A DNA stretch of 54,916 nucleotides from Gemmatimonadota bacterium (GCA_038153405.1 JAYOYH010000032.1:1-54916), one strand, 5' to 3'. Counted from the stretch's first letter, positions 1 to 9,372 are shown. The notes: generated from the sequence alone by a model not told the origin. Numbers and translations are program-made.

Positions 1-2
1 GC

Positions 3-1553
3 CGCACGCACTACTCGCGTGCTCTGGGCGAAGGGCCGACGCTGTGCCGCCAGCTGCGCGACCAGGGCCGCGCGGGAGCCAACCTCATCATCAGCCGCTA
101 TATCGAACGTTCCGACGGCCAGCCGCCGACGGCGCGCGTGGCCAGCGGCCATTTCTATATCGACGCCGAGACCTATGCCCAGGCCCTGCAGCGCCACAAA
201 GGGCTGTCCGACGAGGAGGCGGCGCGGCGCGCAGCGACCGTACCAGCCAAGGGCATTCGCGTGGCTGCCACCTTCACGCGCCCCGTGCTGGCCGCACTGA
301 TCTACCCGTTTCACGGCGACCCGTCTTACGACGAGGGCCAGCTCGAAGCGTGCGGACTGCCCTACACAATCCAGTCGCTTTTTCACACCTGGACTACCTA
401 CGACAAGGCCAAATACCCAGACATCTTCCCGCCCTCATCCGGCGTGGAGATCCCCGCGGAGATCGACTGGCTCAGCCGCTATGGCGAGGGCGCCAGCGAG
501 GCACAGGTCAAAGAGTGGATCGAACGCGGCCGGGAAGGCACACCCTATCCGGGCTTGGCCGACTTTGCCCATCGCCACCGCATCGCCATCGTCAAGGATG
601 CAGCCGGTTCGGGCGGGCGCGGCATGAGCGTCTTTGTTCTGCGCCGCGTCGATGGCAGCCTCGACGAAGAGGCCATGCGCGAAGCGGTGGATTTCACCTA
701 CCAGATCGCGCTCAAAAACAACGTCTCCATTCAGGAGGTGGTCGTCTCCTCGCCGGAATACTGGGCGACAGAGGACTTTATGCGCTCGTTTGTCGATCGC
801 CAGATCGTCGATTGGGGCAGCTCCGTTGATCGCCAGCGCCGTCCGCGCACCAGCATCTACGGATCGCATCGCATCATCCTTTCGACCGACGCGCCCCAGG
901 CCGAAAACGCCGCCGACAAATGGCATATTTCGCACTGGATAACCCTCAACAGCAAACAGCTGGTGACCAACGTCGGACGCGGGGGCAATCTCGACTTATT
1001 TACGCCCGACATCGTGCAGGAAGCGCACCGCGAGACGCTCTTTGCCAAGCTGGCCGAGGCCGGAGCCCGCGTCATGGAGGCGCTAGCCGCCTACGAAACG
1101 CGCACGGCAGAGGCCTACCAGCGAGAGACCGGACGCCCGATCGGTCGAGATCTAGCCGGCGTATCCTATGGCAACCCGCGCTACATGATGCTCGACTTTC
1201 TCGTCGCCCCGGTCTTTGCCGAAGAGGGGGCACTAGTCGATATACGCCCACAGCACGACGAGCGCGGCCAGCGTTGCGGCTCGCAGTACGTGCTGCGCCG
1301 CGGCGACCAGACCTTTCCATCCCGCATTAGCGACTGGCGCGTCGTGCTGGTCGAGCCGAATATCGGCCTGGGCCTGTGGGATCGCGTCGCCCTGCGCGAG
1401 GCCGTCGTAGAAGAGCAGCGCGCCACCGCCGAGGGCCGCGCCGTCGACGCCGACGCCATCGGCCAACAGGCGCGCATCGTGCTATCCGACTTGACCAAGG
1501 CGGGCGAGGACTATTTAAACGCCTTGCGCCAAGCGGTCGATGCGCATCAGTAG
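3..1553 (+). CDS. ATP-grasp fold protein, divergent, 5'-truncated by the window edge
   Basis: Frame is open from position 3 (RTHYSRALGEG...) into ORF 138..1553. ATP-grasp-like motifs: IVKDAAGSGGRGMSVF, SIQEVV, TNVGRGG, MLDFL, LVEPNIGLG. Confidence 0.7.
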   Translation, partial: RTHYSRALGEGPTLCRQLRDQGRAGANLIISRYIERSDGQPPTARVASGHFYIDAETYAQALQRHKGLSDEEAARRAATVPAKGIRVAATFTRPVLAALIYPFHGDPSYDEGQLEACGLPYTIQSLFHTWTTYDKAKYPDIFPPSSGVEIPAEIDWLSRYGEGASEAQVKEWIERGREGTPYPGLADFAHRHRIAIVKDAAGSGGRGMSVFVLRRVDGSLDEEAMREAVDFTYQIALKNNVSIQEVVVSSPEYWATEDFMRSFVDRQIVDWGSSVDRQRRPRTSIYGSHRIILSTDAPQAENAADKWHISHWITLNSKQLVTNVGRGGNLDLFTPDIVQEAHRETLFAKLAEAGARVMEALAAYETRTAEAYQRETGRPIGRDLAGVSYGNPRYMMLDFLVAPVFAEEGALVDIRPQHDERGQRCGSQYVLRRGDQTFPSRISDWRVVLVEPNIGLGLWDRVALREAVVEEQRATAEGRAVDADAIGQQARIVLSDLTKAGEDYLNALRQAVDAHQ

Positions 1554-2955
1554 CCCCGAGGCGCGCGAATGCGCCGCGCGCGCCCTGGGACTTGATTCGG
1601 CCGCATCGCTGCGCGATGAAGAGCTCAGCGTCGCCTTTAAGTACGCCCTCGTCGATGCCCTCAGCGGTTGGGAGGAAGACGGCGAGAGCGCACTTGATGC
1701 GCTGTGTGCCGGATGGAATTGGTCGGCTTCAGAAAGCGCCAGTGCTGCGCGCCAAGCGCTCGCCTACTCGGCCCCATTTCGCCAGCGCCTCGTCGAATTG
1801 GCACGCGATGCCCGCATGAGCCAACCCCTAGCACCTGAGCTCTGCATAGCGCCGCATCCCCCGAGCGCCCAACGCCTGCGCCAGCTGCTGCCGGCCGCGC
1901 ACAACCACGCCGTTGTCTGCGCGGCGACCGCCCTCTTTACGCACGAGCTCTACCCGCTGGTCGTCGATGCCTTCAGCGCCGACTCGACCGCGCTGGGCCG
2001 GGCGCACTTCAACGTGCTCGGCGTGCACGTGGACTGGATCGACGACGGCAACTGTGCGCGCCGCGCCATTTTCTTCGATATGGAAAGCCAGCGCTTTGTC
2101 GAGGCCCCGCTCGACGCACCGCTGCCCATCGACAGCGCCCACTTCCTCAGCTTGGGCCGCGATGAGCAAGCCCTACACAGAGCGTGGTCGGCGCGCCTAT
2201 CGGTGCCCCAGGTCAACCCGTGGGATGGGGCCCGGCTGGCAGATGACAAGGCGGCGACGATAGTGGCCTGGGAACGCTGCGGTCTCGAGGTGCCGACCAC
2301 CTGCTCGGTTGCCGTGTGCGACGGCGACGCAGCCCGGCACTTTATTGAGCGGCATGCAGCCGTCGTCGCTAAACCAAACGACGCCAGCGAAGGGCGCGGT
2401 GTGGCCTACCTCGACAGCCCCTCCGACTGGATGGACTACGCAAGGACGCAGACCGCAAGGGGCGACGCGCTCTTGCAGGCCCGGCGAGACGGCGTTTTTT
2501 TTAGAGGTCACGGAGAGGACGCTGTGCGCACGCTGGCCCTGCGCATCAACGTCGGCACGTGCGGGGCGCGGCGCTGTGCCGACTCGCACTACGTCCAATT
2601 AGGAACCCACGACAGGTCGCCCGCTTCGCGCGGTCGGGGCGGCCGCATCGCCTCCGTTGCATCGCTGCGCGACCAGCTGGTCTATCGCCGCGATGGCGCT
2701 TGGCAGCCCATCGCGTTAGACCCCGTTTTCTGGCGCGAAACCATTGAGCACGCCGAGCGCGCCGCGGCCCTCTTTGCCGACCTGCTGCTGGTCGGCATCG
2801 ACCTCGTGATTGACGTAGTCGCAGGACGCCCCTGCGCCGTCCTCCTCGAGGCCAACCCCAGGCCGGCAGGCCTGTGCCACGCCCAGCGAATGGGCGATGG
2901 CAAAGCCGGCGTAAGCGAAACGCTGTGGAATGGCCTGCGCGCGCGCATAGCATAG
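1540..2955 (+). CDS. RimK-like ATP-grasp ligase with N-terminal extension
   Basis: QVNPWDGARLADDKAATIVAWERCGLEVPTT, VVAKPNDASEGRGV, LVGIDLV, LLEANPRPAG. Overlaps the upstream stop by 14 nt, suggesting translational coupling. Confidence 0.75.
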   Translation: MRISSPEARECAARALGLDSAASLRDEELSVAFKYALVDALSGWEEDGESALDALCAGWNWSASESASAARQALAYSAPFRQRLVELARDARMSQPLAPELCIAPHPPSAQRLRQLLPAAHNHAVVCAATALFTHELYPLVVDAFSADSTALGRAHFNVLGVHVDWIDDGNCARRAIFFDMESQRFVEAPLDAPLPIDSAHFLSLGRDEQALHRAWSARLSVPQVNPWDGARLADDKAATIVAWERCGLEVPTTCSVAVCDGDAARHFIERHAAVVAKPNDASEGRGVAYLDSPSDWMDYARTQTARGDALLQARRDGVFFRGHGEDAVRTLALRINVGTCGARRCADSHYVQLGTHDRSPASRGRGGRIASVASLRDQLVYRRDGAWQPIALDPVFWRETIEHAERAAALFADLLLVGIDLVIDVVAGRPCAVLLEANPRPAGLCHAQRMGDGKAGVSETLWNGLRARIA

Positions 2956-2994
2956 ACCGCACAAGTCGCCTTCTCACGGAAAACGAATACACCC

Positions 2995-4854
2995 ATGGAC
3001 GAATATCTCAAACGGCTAGCGGCGGTGGCACAATTGGACCAGGCAACCGAGCTAATCGATCGCATCGTAGAGCGCGTGCGCAGCGGTCAGACCAGCCGCG
3101 ACGAACGCCGCCAGTTTATCCGCCACCTATTGCTCAACGACGCCCTGCTCGGCCACCTGCAGACGCACGCGGCCATAGACCATCTCTTTTCGGCTATTGC
3201 GCCCGAGGCATGGACCCAGCTCTTCGCCGATGCCATCGAACGCGAACTGCCCAAGGTCACCGTCGACGCCGTCGACGCACAGGCCGATATAGACCACCGC
3301 CAGATCCTCCGCCTGCTGCCCGACAGCGATCCCAAAGTGCTCTTTGCCGCGATCAAGGCGCTCAGCACCTACATCGACAAGCAGCAAAATTCCAAGCGCC
3401 GCCTCCGCGGCATGCGCACCGCGCGCATTTTGGCCGATTTATACGGCCGCATGCAGACCGACGCCAGAGCTTGGCACCGGCGCTCTCCACCCTCTTGCAG
3501 CATCGATGGCGAACCCATTGCCAAGCTCAAGGAGAACGGGGCCTACGACCAGCTGGCCGAGGCGTACGAGACGCGCATCAACCAGCTACAGCGCATCGAC
3601 CTGCGGCGCAGCCTAGCGGCGCTGGGCGAAGAGCGCGACGCCGCACCGCGCATGGTTGAGGACGATTTCAGTCGCACCTTTCTCGTCGAATCGCCCCTGC
3701 GCATCGGCCTTTCTAGCGCCAACGCCTCCGACAACCACATGCGCAGCAAAGAACAGGGCGGCAAGACGCTCAACCTCGGCATCGACCTGCAGATGGAGGG
3801 AGAGGAAAGCGCCTCGCCGCCGCTGACGGTCAGAGCGCGACGTCTAGCCGAGCCCAAGCTCATTTTGCGCTCGCTGTCGATGGATTTCAAAGCCGATTTT
3901 GAGGCCAGCAACAAGGGAGACGACGCCACGCAGAGCAAGCTGTTTTTCGCCTATCGCCGCGGCGGCGACGAGGCATTGCGCTTAGTCAAGCAGGCGCTAG
4001 TACACGTCGGCATCGTCCGCGATAATTCGGACAATATCATCGACGACGTCGCGGCCTTTACCGGCGGCGGCGGCCTCGAATTGGTGACCAGCAGCAAGGT
4101 GCAGCAGGGTTCGGGCCTGGGCACGAGCAGCATCCTAGCCGCCGCCGTGCTCAAAATGCTCTACCGCCTTTCGGGCCACGCCTACGGCAAGGCCGAAAGC
4201 GAGTATCCCGGCCTCTACGACCAGAGCGTATTGCTCGAACAGAGCTTTGGCCTCAACAGCGGATGGCAGGATGCACGGGGCGCCTGCGGCGGTCCCTCGG
4301 CCATCAAGGCCTTCTACGCGCCGCCGACCGACGGCCTGCCGGCACCGGAGCGCCAATTTATCAGCGGCATCGACGAGTCGCTCTTTGCCGAGCGCGTCGT
4401 CCTCTTCGACACCGGCATCGCGCGCGGGGCGACGCGCGGGCTCAACGAGGTACTCGACGCCTATCTGACGCGCGACCCCAAACGCTACCCGGCCATTCGC
4501 GAGTCGCTCGAAATTCACGATCGCATGGTCGAGGCCCTGCGCCGAACCGACTACGCCCAGCTCGGGCAGCTGGCTACGCGCTACTGGCAGCTGCGCTGCA
4601 CCCTCGACCCGGGCGCCACCAGCGAAACGCTGCAGCATCTATTTGAGCATTCTTCAATGCGCGAGCTGAGCGAGGGCGGCCTCATTACCGGTGCCGGCGG
4701 CGGCGGCTTTGCCCTACTCATTGCACGAGAAGGCCGCGAAGGGGCACTGCGCCAGCAGCTCAGCGAGCTGCGCAAGATGGCAGCCTATGCCAAGAGCAGC
4801 GTCGTGTCGTACCGCCTTAACCGCACGGGCATCGCCCTGAGCGAGCGCGCGTAG
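2995..4854 (+). CDS. GHMP kinase (L-fucokinase/HddA-like) with an ~220-aa N-terminal domain of unknown function
   Basis: SPLRIGLS, VQQGSGLGTSSILAAA (GHMP P-loop), EQ...SGWQD, TGAGGGGF. Confidence 0.85.
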   Translation: MDEYLKRLAAVAQLDQATELIDRIVERVRSGQTSRDERRQFIRHLLLNDALLGHLQTHAAIDHLFSAIAPEAWTQLFADAIERELPKVTVDAVDAQADIDHRQILRLLPDSDPKVLFAAIKALSTYIDKQQNSKRRLRGMRTARILADLYGRMQTDARAWHRRSPPSCSIDGEPIAKLKENGAYDQLAEAYETRINQLQRIDLRRSLAALGEERDAAPRMVEDDFSRTFLVESPLRIGLSSANASDNHMRSKEQGGKTLNLGIDLQMEGEESASPPLTVRARRLAEPKLILRSLSMDFKADFEASNKGDDATQSKLFFAYRRGGDEALRLVKQALVHVGIVRDNSDNIIDDVAAFTGGGGLELVTSSKVQQGSGLGTSSILAAAVLKMLYRLSGHAYGKAESEYPGLYDQSVLLEQSFGLNSGWQDARGACGGPSAIKAFYAPPTDGLPAPERQFISGIDESLFAERVVLFDTGIARGATRGLNEVLDAYLTRDPKRYPAIRESLEIHDRMVEALRRTDYAQLGQLATRYWQLRCTLDPGATSETLQHLFEHSSMRELSEGGLITGAGGGGFALLIAREGREGALRQQLSELRKMAAYAKSSVVSYRLNRTGIALSERA

Positions 4855-4871
4855 AAAAACGATACGTTACC

Positions 4872-5495
4872 ATGGCCAAGCATCGCCCACATATCCTGAT
4901 CGACGGATACAACCTGATCAAGTGCGTCCCGCTCTACAGCGAAACGCAGAACCAAAGTCTGGCCGCGGCGCGCGACCACATCGAAGCCGTGCTGTCGACC
5001 CATGCCAAGAGCGGCAATCTGCGGGTGTCCATCTATTACGATGGCGACCCAGAAATCGGTCACGCGGACTACCAGCAACGCGGCGACATAGATATATTTT
5101 TCTCTCGCCGTCCGCAGAAAGCCGACGACCTCATTATGGAAGCCGTCGCCCGTAAGCACGGCGCGCGCTGGCTGCGCGTGGTCACATCGGATCGCGAAAT
5201 TCAGCGCTTTGCCGCGCGGCACAATATTGCCTTTGTCGATTCGCCGACCTTTGCCGAGGAGTTGGAGCGCCCGGTCCAACGCGCCGACCGGGCCGAGGAC
5301 GTCGATCCGGGATCCGATCCGCACTGGACGCCCGCACGCGACGAGATCGACGAATTTGCCAAGGTCTTTAAACAGCCCACTCGGCGCGCACAACCGCAGC
5401 GCGCAAGAGAGCTCGATCCCAACCTGTCGTTGGACGAGAGCGAGATCGACGAGTGGGAGCAGTTATTCAAACAAAAGAGCGACTTAGACCAGTAG
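4872..5495 (+). CDS. NYN-domain (YacP/Rae1-like, PIN-fold) ribonuclease
   Basis: LIDGYNL, ADDLI and VVTSDREI acidic motifs. Confidence 0.85.
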   Translation: MAKHRPHILIDGYNLIKCVPLYSETQNQSLAAARDHIEAVLSTHAKSGNLRVSIYYDGDPEIGHADYQQRGDIDIFFSRRPQKADDLIMEAVARKHGARWLRVVTSDREIQRFAARHNIAFVDSPTFAEELERPVQRADRAEDVDPGSDPHWTPARDEIDEFAKVFKQPTRRAQPQRARELDPNLSLDESEIDEWEQLFKQKSDLDQ

Positions 5496-5516
5496 AAGAT
5501 ATAAAGGAGCTATACC

Positions 5517-6287
5517 ATGTTGATGCAGGACAAATTTGCCTTCGTATCCGGCGTAGCCAACCACCGCAGCATCGCCTGGGCCATCGCCCGCTCGCTCGAC
5601 GCGCACGGCGCGCGCTTAGCGCTGAGCTATCTGAGCGAGCGCGAACACGACAGCATCAATAAGTTAGTCGGCGAACTATCGCAAACGCCGCTTGTCGTGC
5701 CCTGCGAAGCGACCAACGACGATTCGATTGCCGCCGCATTCGACAAGGTCAAAAGCGAGTACGGGCGCCTCGATGCGGCCGTGCACTCCATCGCCTATGC
5801 GCGGCGCGAGGACCTCGAGGACGGGCACTTTCTCGGCATTGAACAAGAACACTACCAGTTGGCTCTATCGGTCAGCGCCTATTCGCTCAACGCCCTCAGC
5901 CGCGGCGCCGTGCCCCTGATGGACAACGGCGGCAGCATTGTTGCCATGACCTATCTGGGCAGCATGCGCGCCATCCCCCGCTACAATGTGATGGGCGTAG
6001 CTAAAGCCGCCCTAGAATCGGGCGTGCGCTATCTGGCGCGCGAGTTGGGCGATCGCAACATCCGCGTCAACGGCCTGTCGGCCGGCCCGGTCAAGACGCT
6101 GGCCGCGCGCGGCATCGGTCAGTTCAATATCATGCTGGAAACGCATGCCGAACGCGCCGCGCTCAAGCGCAACGTCACCGTTGAAGAGGTCGGCAACAGC
6201 GCGCTCTTCCTGTGCAGCGCGCTCAGTTCGGGCATCACCGGCGAGATTATCTACGTCGATGCCGGCTATCGATTTATGGGCATGTAG
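5517..6287 (+). CDS. fabI: Enoyl-ACP reductase
   Basis: GVANHRSIAWAIA, HSIAYA, YNVMGVAKAALE, SAGPVKTLAA, ITGEIIYVDAG; RBS AAGGAG. Confidence 0.95.
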   Translation: MLMQDKFAFVSGVANHRSIAWAIARSLDAHGARLALSYLSEREHDSINKLVGELSQTPLVVPCEATNDDSIAAAFDKVKSEYGRLDAAVHSIAYARREDLEDGHFLGIEQEHYQLALSVSAYSLNALSRGAVPLMDNGGSIVAMTYLGSMRAIPRYNVMGVAKAALESGVRYLARELGDRNIRVNGLSAGPVKTLAARGIGQFNIMLETHAERAALKRNVTVEEVGNSALFLCSALSSGITGEIIYVDAGYRFMGM

Positions 6288-6307
6288 CCCCGCAAAACAG
6301 CGCTTAG

Positions 6308-7012
6308 TTAGGACGGGGGCGGCAGTTCAACGCCTTCCAACGCCGACAGACTGTGTCGTCCACTCGCGCTTCCGGCCCGACGCAGCGCGCGCAGATGAAC
6401 GCGTAAAAAGGCCGCTTCGCGCGGCGTATCGACGTCATACCAAGGCGGTAAGAGCGCCAGCGCCTGCTCGCCGATTTCCTGCAAGGTCTGTTCGAGCACA
6501 GCGCCCGAACTCCAGGCGATATGTGAAAATGGAGGACGCGCCGTGCGCTGCAGACCGACCAAGTAGTAGCCGCCGTCGGTGCTTGGCCCAAGCACAACCT
6601 GGTTTTCTTCGAGCAGTTCAAAGGCGCGCTCGATATATTCGCAGGGCAAGCTCGGGCTATCCGAACCGATCACCACGACGCGCTCGGCGCCGCGCCCTAT
6701 CGCCCCCTGCACGACGGCCTGCAGGCGCGCGCCGAGGTCGCCCTCGCCCTGTGCCACATAGGTAAAATCGCCGCAGCCTTTCAGCAGCCGTTGCAGTGCC
6801 TCTCGCCCATCGCGCGGCGCATAGGCTACGATTTTTTCGTCGGCGCGGACGGCCGCCAGCAGTTCGGCCGAGTCGCGCAGAAACGCAGCGTAGAGCGCAG
6901 CGGCGCATTCAGGGGTGCAGCACGGCTGCAGGCGCGTTTTCACTTGACCAGCCTCTGGTTTTTTGGCCAAGAGTGCAATGCAGCGCTTCTTCGGTAGCCT
7001 CCTGTTGTTCAC
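6308..7012 (-). CDS. DUF2064 / TIGR04282-family (CofC-like, GT-A fold) transferase
   Basis: AKKPEAGQVKTRL, QGEGDLGARL, IGSDSP, VLGPSTDGGYYLVG, WYDVDT. Start moved to GTG at 7012 (GAGGA upstream); the longer ORF-track version overlaps the opposite-strand gene. Confidence 0.85.
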   Translation of the reverse strand: MNNRRLPKKRCIALLAKKPEAGQVKTRLQPCCTPECAAALYAAFLRDSAELLAAVRADEKIVAYAPRDGREALQRLLKGCGDFTYVAQGEGDLGARLQAVVQGAIGRGAERVVVIGSDSPSLPCEYIERAFELLEENQVVLGPSTDGGYYLVGLQRTARPPFSHIAWSSGAVLEQTLQEIGEQALALLPPWYDVDTPREAAFLRVHLRALRRAGSASGRHSLSALEGVELPPPS

Positions 7013-7102
7013 ACCGCCATTCCTCTTTATTTTATCTAACCGCAAAAACATATCGCAACGCCACTTTAATCTCGAATCAATCCACGAAAAAAGGGGAACC
7101 TC

Positions 7103-8299
7103 ATGGCCCAGGTCAACATTATTCGCCACAACTCGATTGCCGTCTTTTCCAATCCCACCGAGGTGCTTATCCGCGACGACAACGGCGACGTCGTGCGCCT
7201 CGTCGAGCCATCCGGCAACGTCGGCACGCAGTATGCCAACGACGTCGGTTCCGAGTGGTTTGGCACCATCGAAAACCTCAACAAGGGCTTGACTACCTGC
7301 GGCGTGCACTGGTCCGACGTCTACAAAACAGACGTGCTGTGGACCACGCCCTCGGCCGACCGCGACGAGTGCGATGCGCGTAAAAACGATTTCAATAAGA
7401 TCTATGGCGCCCTGATCAACGCCGTTACCGGCGGCCCGCTGCGCTCCAATCGCATGGCGCGCTTCACGCATCAGGAAGGCTTTCCCGACCCAGCGGCCCT
7501 GTTTGAAGTGCAGATCAAAGCGGTCAAAGGCGAAAAGGTCACGATCGGCGGCGGCAAGGTGGACTACGGCACGTGGATCGACCACCAGCCCTCCGGCGCC
7601 TCCGTGCTGCACAAGAAGGGCGATCAGATGATTACGACGCTGGGCGACGACTTGGTCGAGGAGATGAACTTCATCTTAGAAGAGCAGTACGCCAAGCCCT
7701 TTGCCGAGCAGGGCGTCGACTTCCGCAAGCAGACGGTCTTTATGGAAATCCTCGTCGCCGTCGACGACGATCCGGCCAAGACCTGGGAGCGCATCGAAAT
7801 TACGCGCAAGGCCTTTGTCGACTACTTTGGCGACGACCTGCCGGCCGGCCTGATCTATCCGGTTTCGCGCATTCCCAACCTCGACAGCATTATCGAACCG
7901 CAGCCGCGCGTCGTCTCCGGCGAGGTCGATATCGTGCGCTCGGGGCAGGTCGAAGACGGCTTTAGCACCTGGACGGCCATCCGCCACCACGGCGTGCGCG
8001 AGGTCATGGTCAGCGCCGTAGCCGGCGACGATGCCGGCGCTCAGCTGAGCACTATTGATGCGCGCGTGAAAGAAGCCGGCGGCCAGGGTCTGAAAGAAAA
8101 CGGCATCTTCAACAACGCCTATATCGGCGCCGGGGCCGACACGGCGGCCAACCGCGCCGGGCTCGGCACGTTCAACGAGTCGTTCAGCGCCTACTACGCC
8201 GGCAGTGCACCGGCCGGACGCACGGCGCAGTTTGTCGGCGGCATCCAGCGCGAGGGGGCGGCCTACGGTATCTCCAACCGCTCGATTTTTGCCGAGTAA
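7103..8299 (+). CDS. Protein of three tandem divergent Rid/YjgF-like domains
   Basis: Unit 1: SGNVG..IENL..G..WSDVYKT..DFNKIY..PDPAALFEVQ. Unit 2: AFVDYFGDDLPAG..VSRIP..IIEPQ. Unit 3: FS..VMVSA..FNESFSAYY..PAGRT..V. RBS AGGGG. Confidence 0.6.
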   Translation: MAQVNIIRHNSIAVFSNPTEVLIRDDNGDVVRLVEPSGNVGTQYANDVGSEWFGTIENLNKGLTTCGVHWSDVYKTDVLWTTPSADRDECDARKNDFNKIYGALINAVTGGPLRSNRMARFTHQEGFPDPAALFEVQIKAVKGEKVTIGGGKVDYGTWIDHQPSGASVLHKKGDQMITTLGDDLVEEMNFILEEQYAKPFAEQGVDFRKQTVFMEILVAVDDDPAKTWERIEITRKAFVDYFGDDLPAGLIYPVSRIPNLDSIIEPQPRVVSGEVDIVRSGQVEDGFSTWTAIRHHGVREVMVSAVAGDDAGAQLSTIDARVKEAGGQGLKENGIFNNAYIGAGADTAANRAGLGTFNESFSAYYAGSAPAGRTAQFVGGIQREGAAYGISNRSIFAE

Positions 8300-8312
8300 G
8301 GTGCGTATCCCC

Positions 8313-8807
8313 TTGTTAAGTTCAGAAAAGATCATTGACGCCCTTGAGGAACAGGGCGTTACGCACGTAGTCGGCGTACCCGACAATGGTTCGCGCGCGC
8401 TCTTTGAGCGCCTGTGGGCCCATCCGCAGATCGAAGTCATTCTTACCAGCCGCGAAGGCGAGGCCTTTGGCCTCGCCTCCGGGCTTTATCTGGGCGGCGC
8501 CACTCCGCTCGTGCTGATCCAAAACACGGGTTTTTTCGAAGCGGGTGACGGCTTTCGCGGCACCGCCTACAATATGGGCATACCCCTCGTCATGATGGTC
8601 GGCTACCGCGGCTACAAGACCATGGAACCCGGTGCCCCGCGCGTCGATACGGCGGCGACGTTTTTTGAGCCGACGCTCAAGGCCTGGGACATTCCCTACA
8701 CCGCCATGCACGAAGACGGCGATATCGCACAGATTCCGGCCGCCTTCGCCAAGGCACGGGAAACCTCTCTGCCCACCGCCGTGCTTATTGTCCCGGAGAC
8801 CGTCTGA
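8313..8807 (+). CDS. ThDP-dependent decarboxylase alpha subunit (ComD / phosphonopyruvate decarboxylase N-half-like)
   Basis: VVGVPDN, SREGEAFGLASGLYLGG, LIQNTG, VGYRG. Start TTG 8313 after TAAGGT (alternative GTG 8301). Confidence 0.85.
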   Translation: MLSSEKIIDALEEQGVTHVVGVPDNGSRALFERLWAHPQIEVILTSREGEAFGLASGLYLGGATPLVLIQNTGFFEAGDGFRGTAYNMGIPLVMMVGYRGYKTMEPGAPRVDTAATFFEPTLKAWDIPYTAMHEDGDIAQIPAAFAKARETSLPTAVLIVPETV

Positions 8808-8808
8808 T

Positions 8809-9372
8809 ATGCTCGACAAATACGAATGCCTGAAGAAGCTAGCGGCGCGACGCACGGACGAAGTCGTCGTCACCACCATGAGCGTGGCCATGCCCTGGGC
8901 CGAGCTATCCGACGGGCCGCTCGACTTTGCCCACGTCGAGAGCGCCATGGGCCACGCGGCCGACTTCGCGCTCGGCCTGGCCATCGCCCAACCCGAACGC
9001 CGCGTCTTTGTCATCAACGGCGACGGCTCGACGCTGATGTGTTTGGGCACGCTGGTCACGCTGGCGCAGCGCCCGGCACCCAACCTGACGATGGTCATCA
9101 CCGAGAACGGCACCTACGAAGTGACGGGCAACCAGCCGGTGCCCGGAGCCGGCCAGATCGACTACGAGCAAATCTGCCGCGGTGCCGGTATCCAAAACGT
9201 CTACACGATCGAAGATGCCGACCAGTTTGACGCGCATTTGGAGGCGCATTTCACCGGCGCGGGACCACAGGTCTTTATCTGGAAGATCGCACAGGCCAGC
9301 GAACCGGTGCCCAAACCCAAGCGTCCCATCCGCGAGCGAGCGCACAACCTGCGCCAAGCGCTAGTCGGCTAG
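8809..9372 (+). CDS. ThDP-dependent decarboxylase beta subunit (ComE-like)
   Basis: SAMGHAADFALGLA, NGDGSTLM...ENGTYEVTGNQP (GDG...N ThDP motif). ATG lies 1 nt after the alpha-subunit stop. Confidence 0.85.
   Translation: MLDKYECLKKLAARRTDEVVVTTMSVAMPWAELSDGPLDFAHVESAMGHAADFALGLAIAQPERRVFVINGDGSTLMCLGTLVTLAQRPAPNLTMVITENGTYEVTGNQPVPGAGQIDYEQICRGAGIQNVYTIEDADQFDAHLEAHFTGAGPQVFIWKIAQASEPVPKPKRPIRERAHNLRQALVG

Noticed and set aside
7013..7612. N-terminal extension of ORF 6308..7612 (434 aa)
   Set aside because: It is antisense to the 7103 gene; family motifs begin only after GTG 7012, which has an RBS.
8313..9372. Calling the decarboxylase comDE (coenzyme M) or ppd (phosphonate synthesis)
   Set aside because: No comABC or pepM is in the window, and substrate cannot be read from the motifs.
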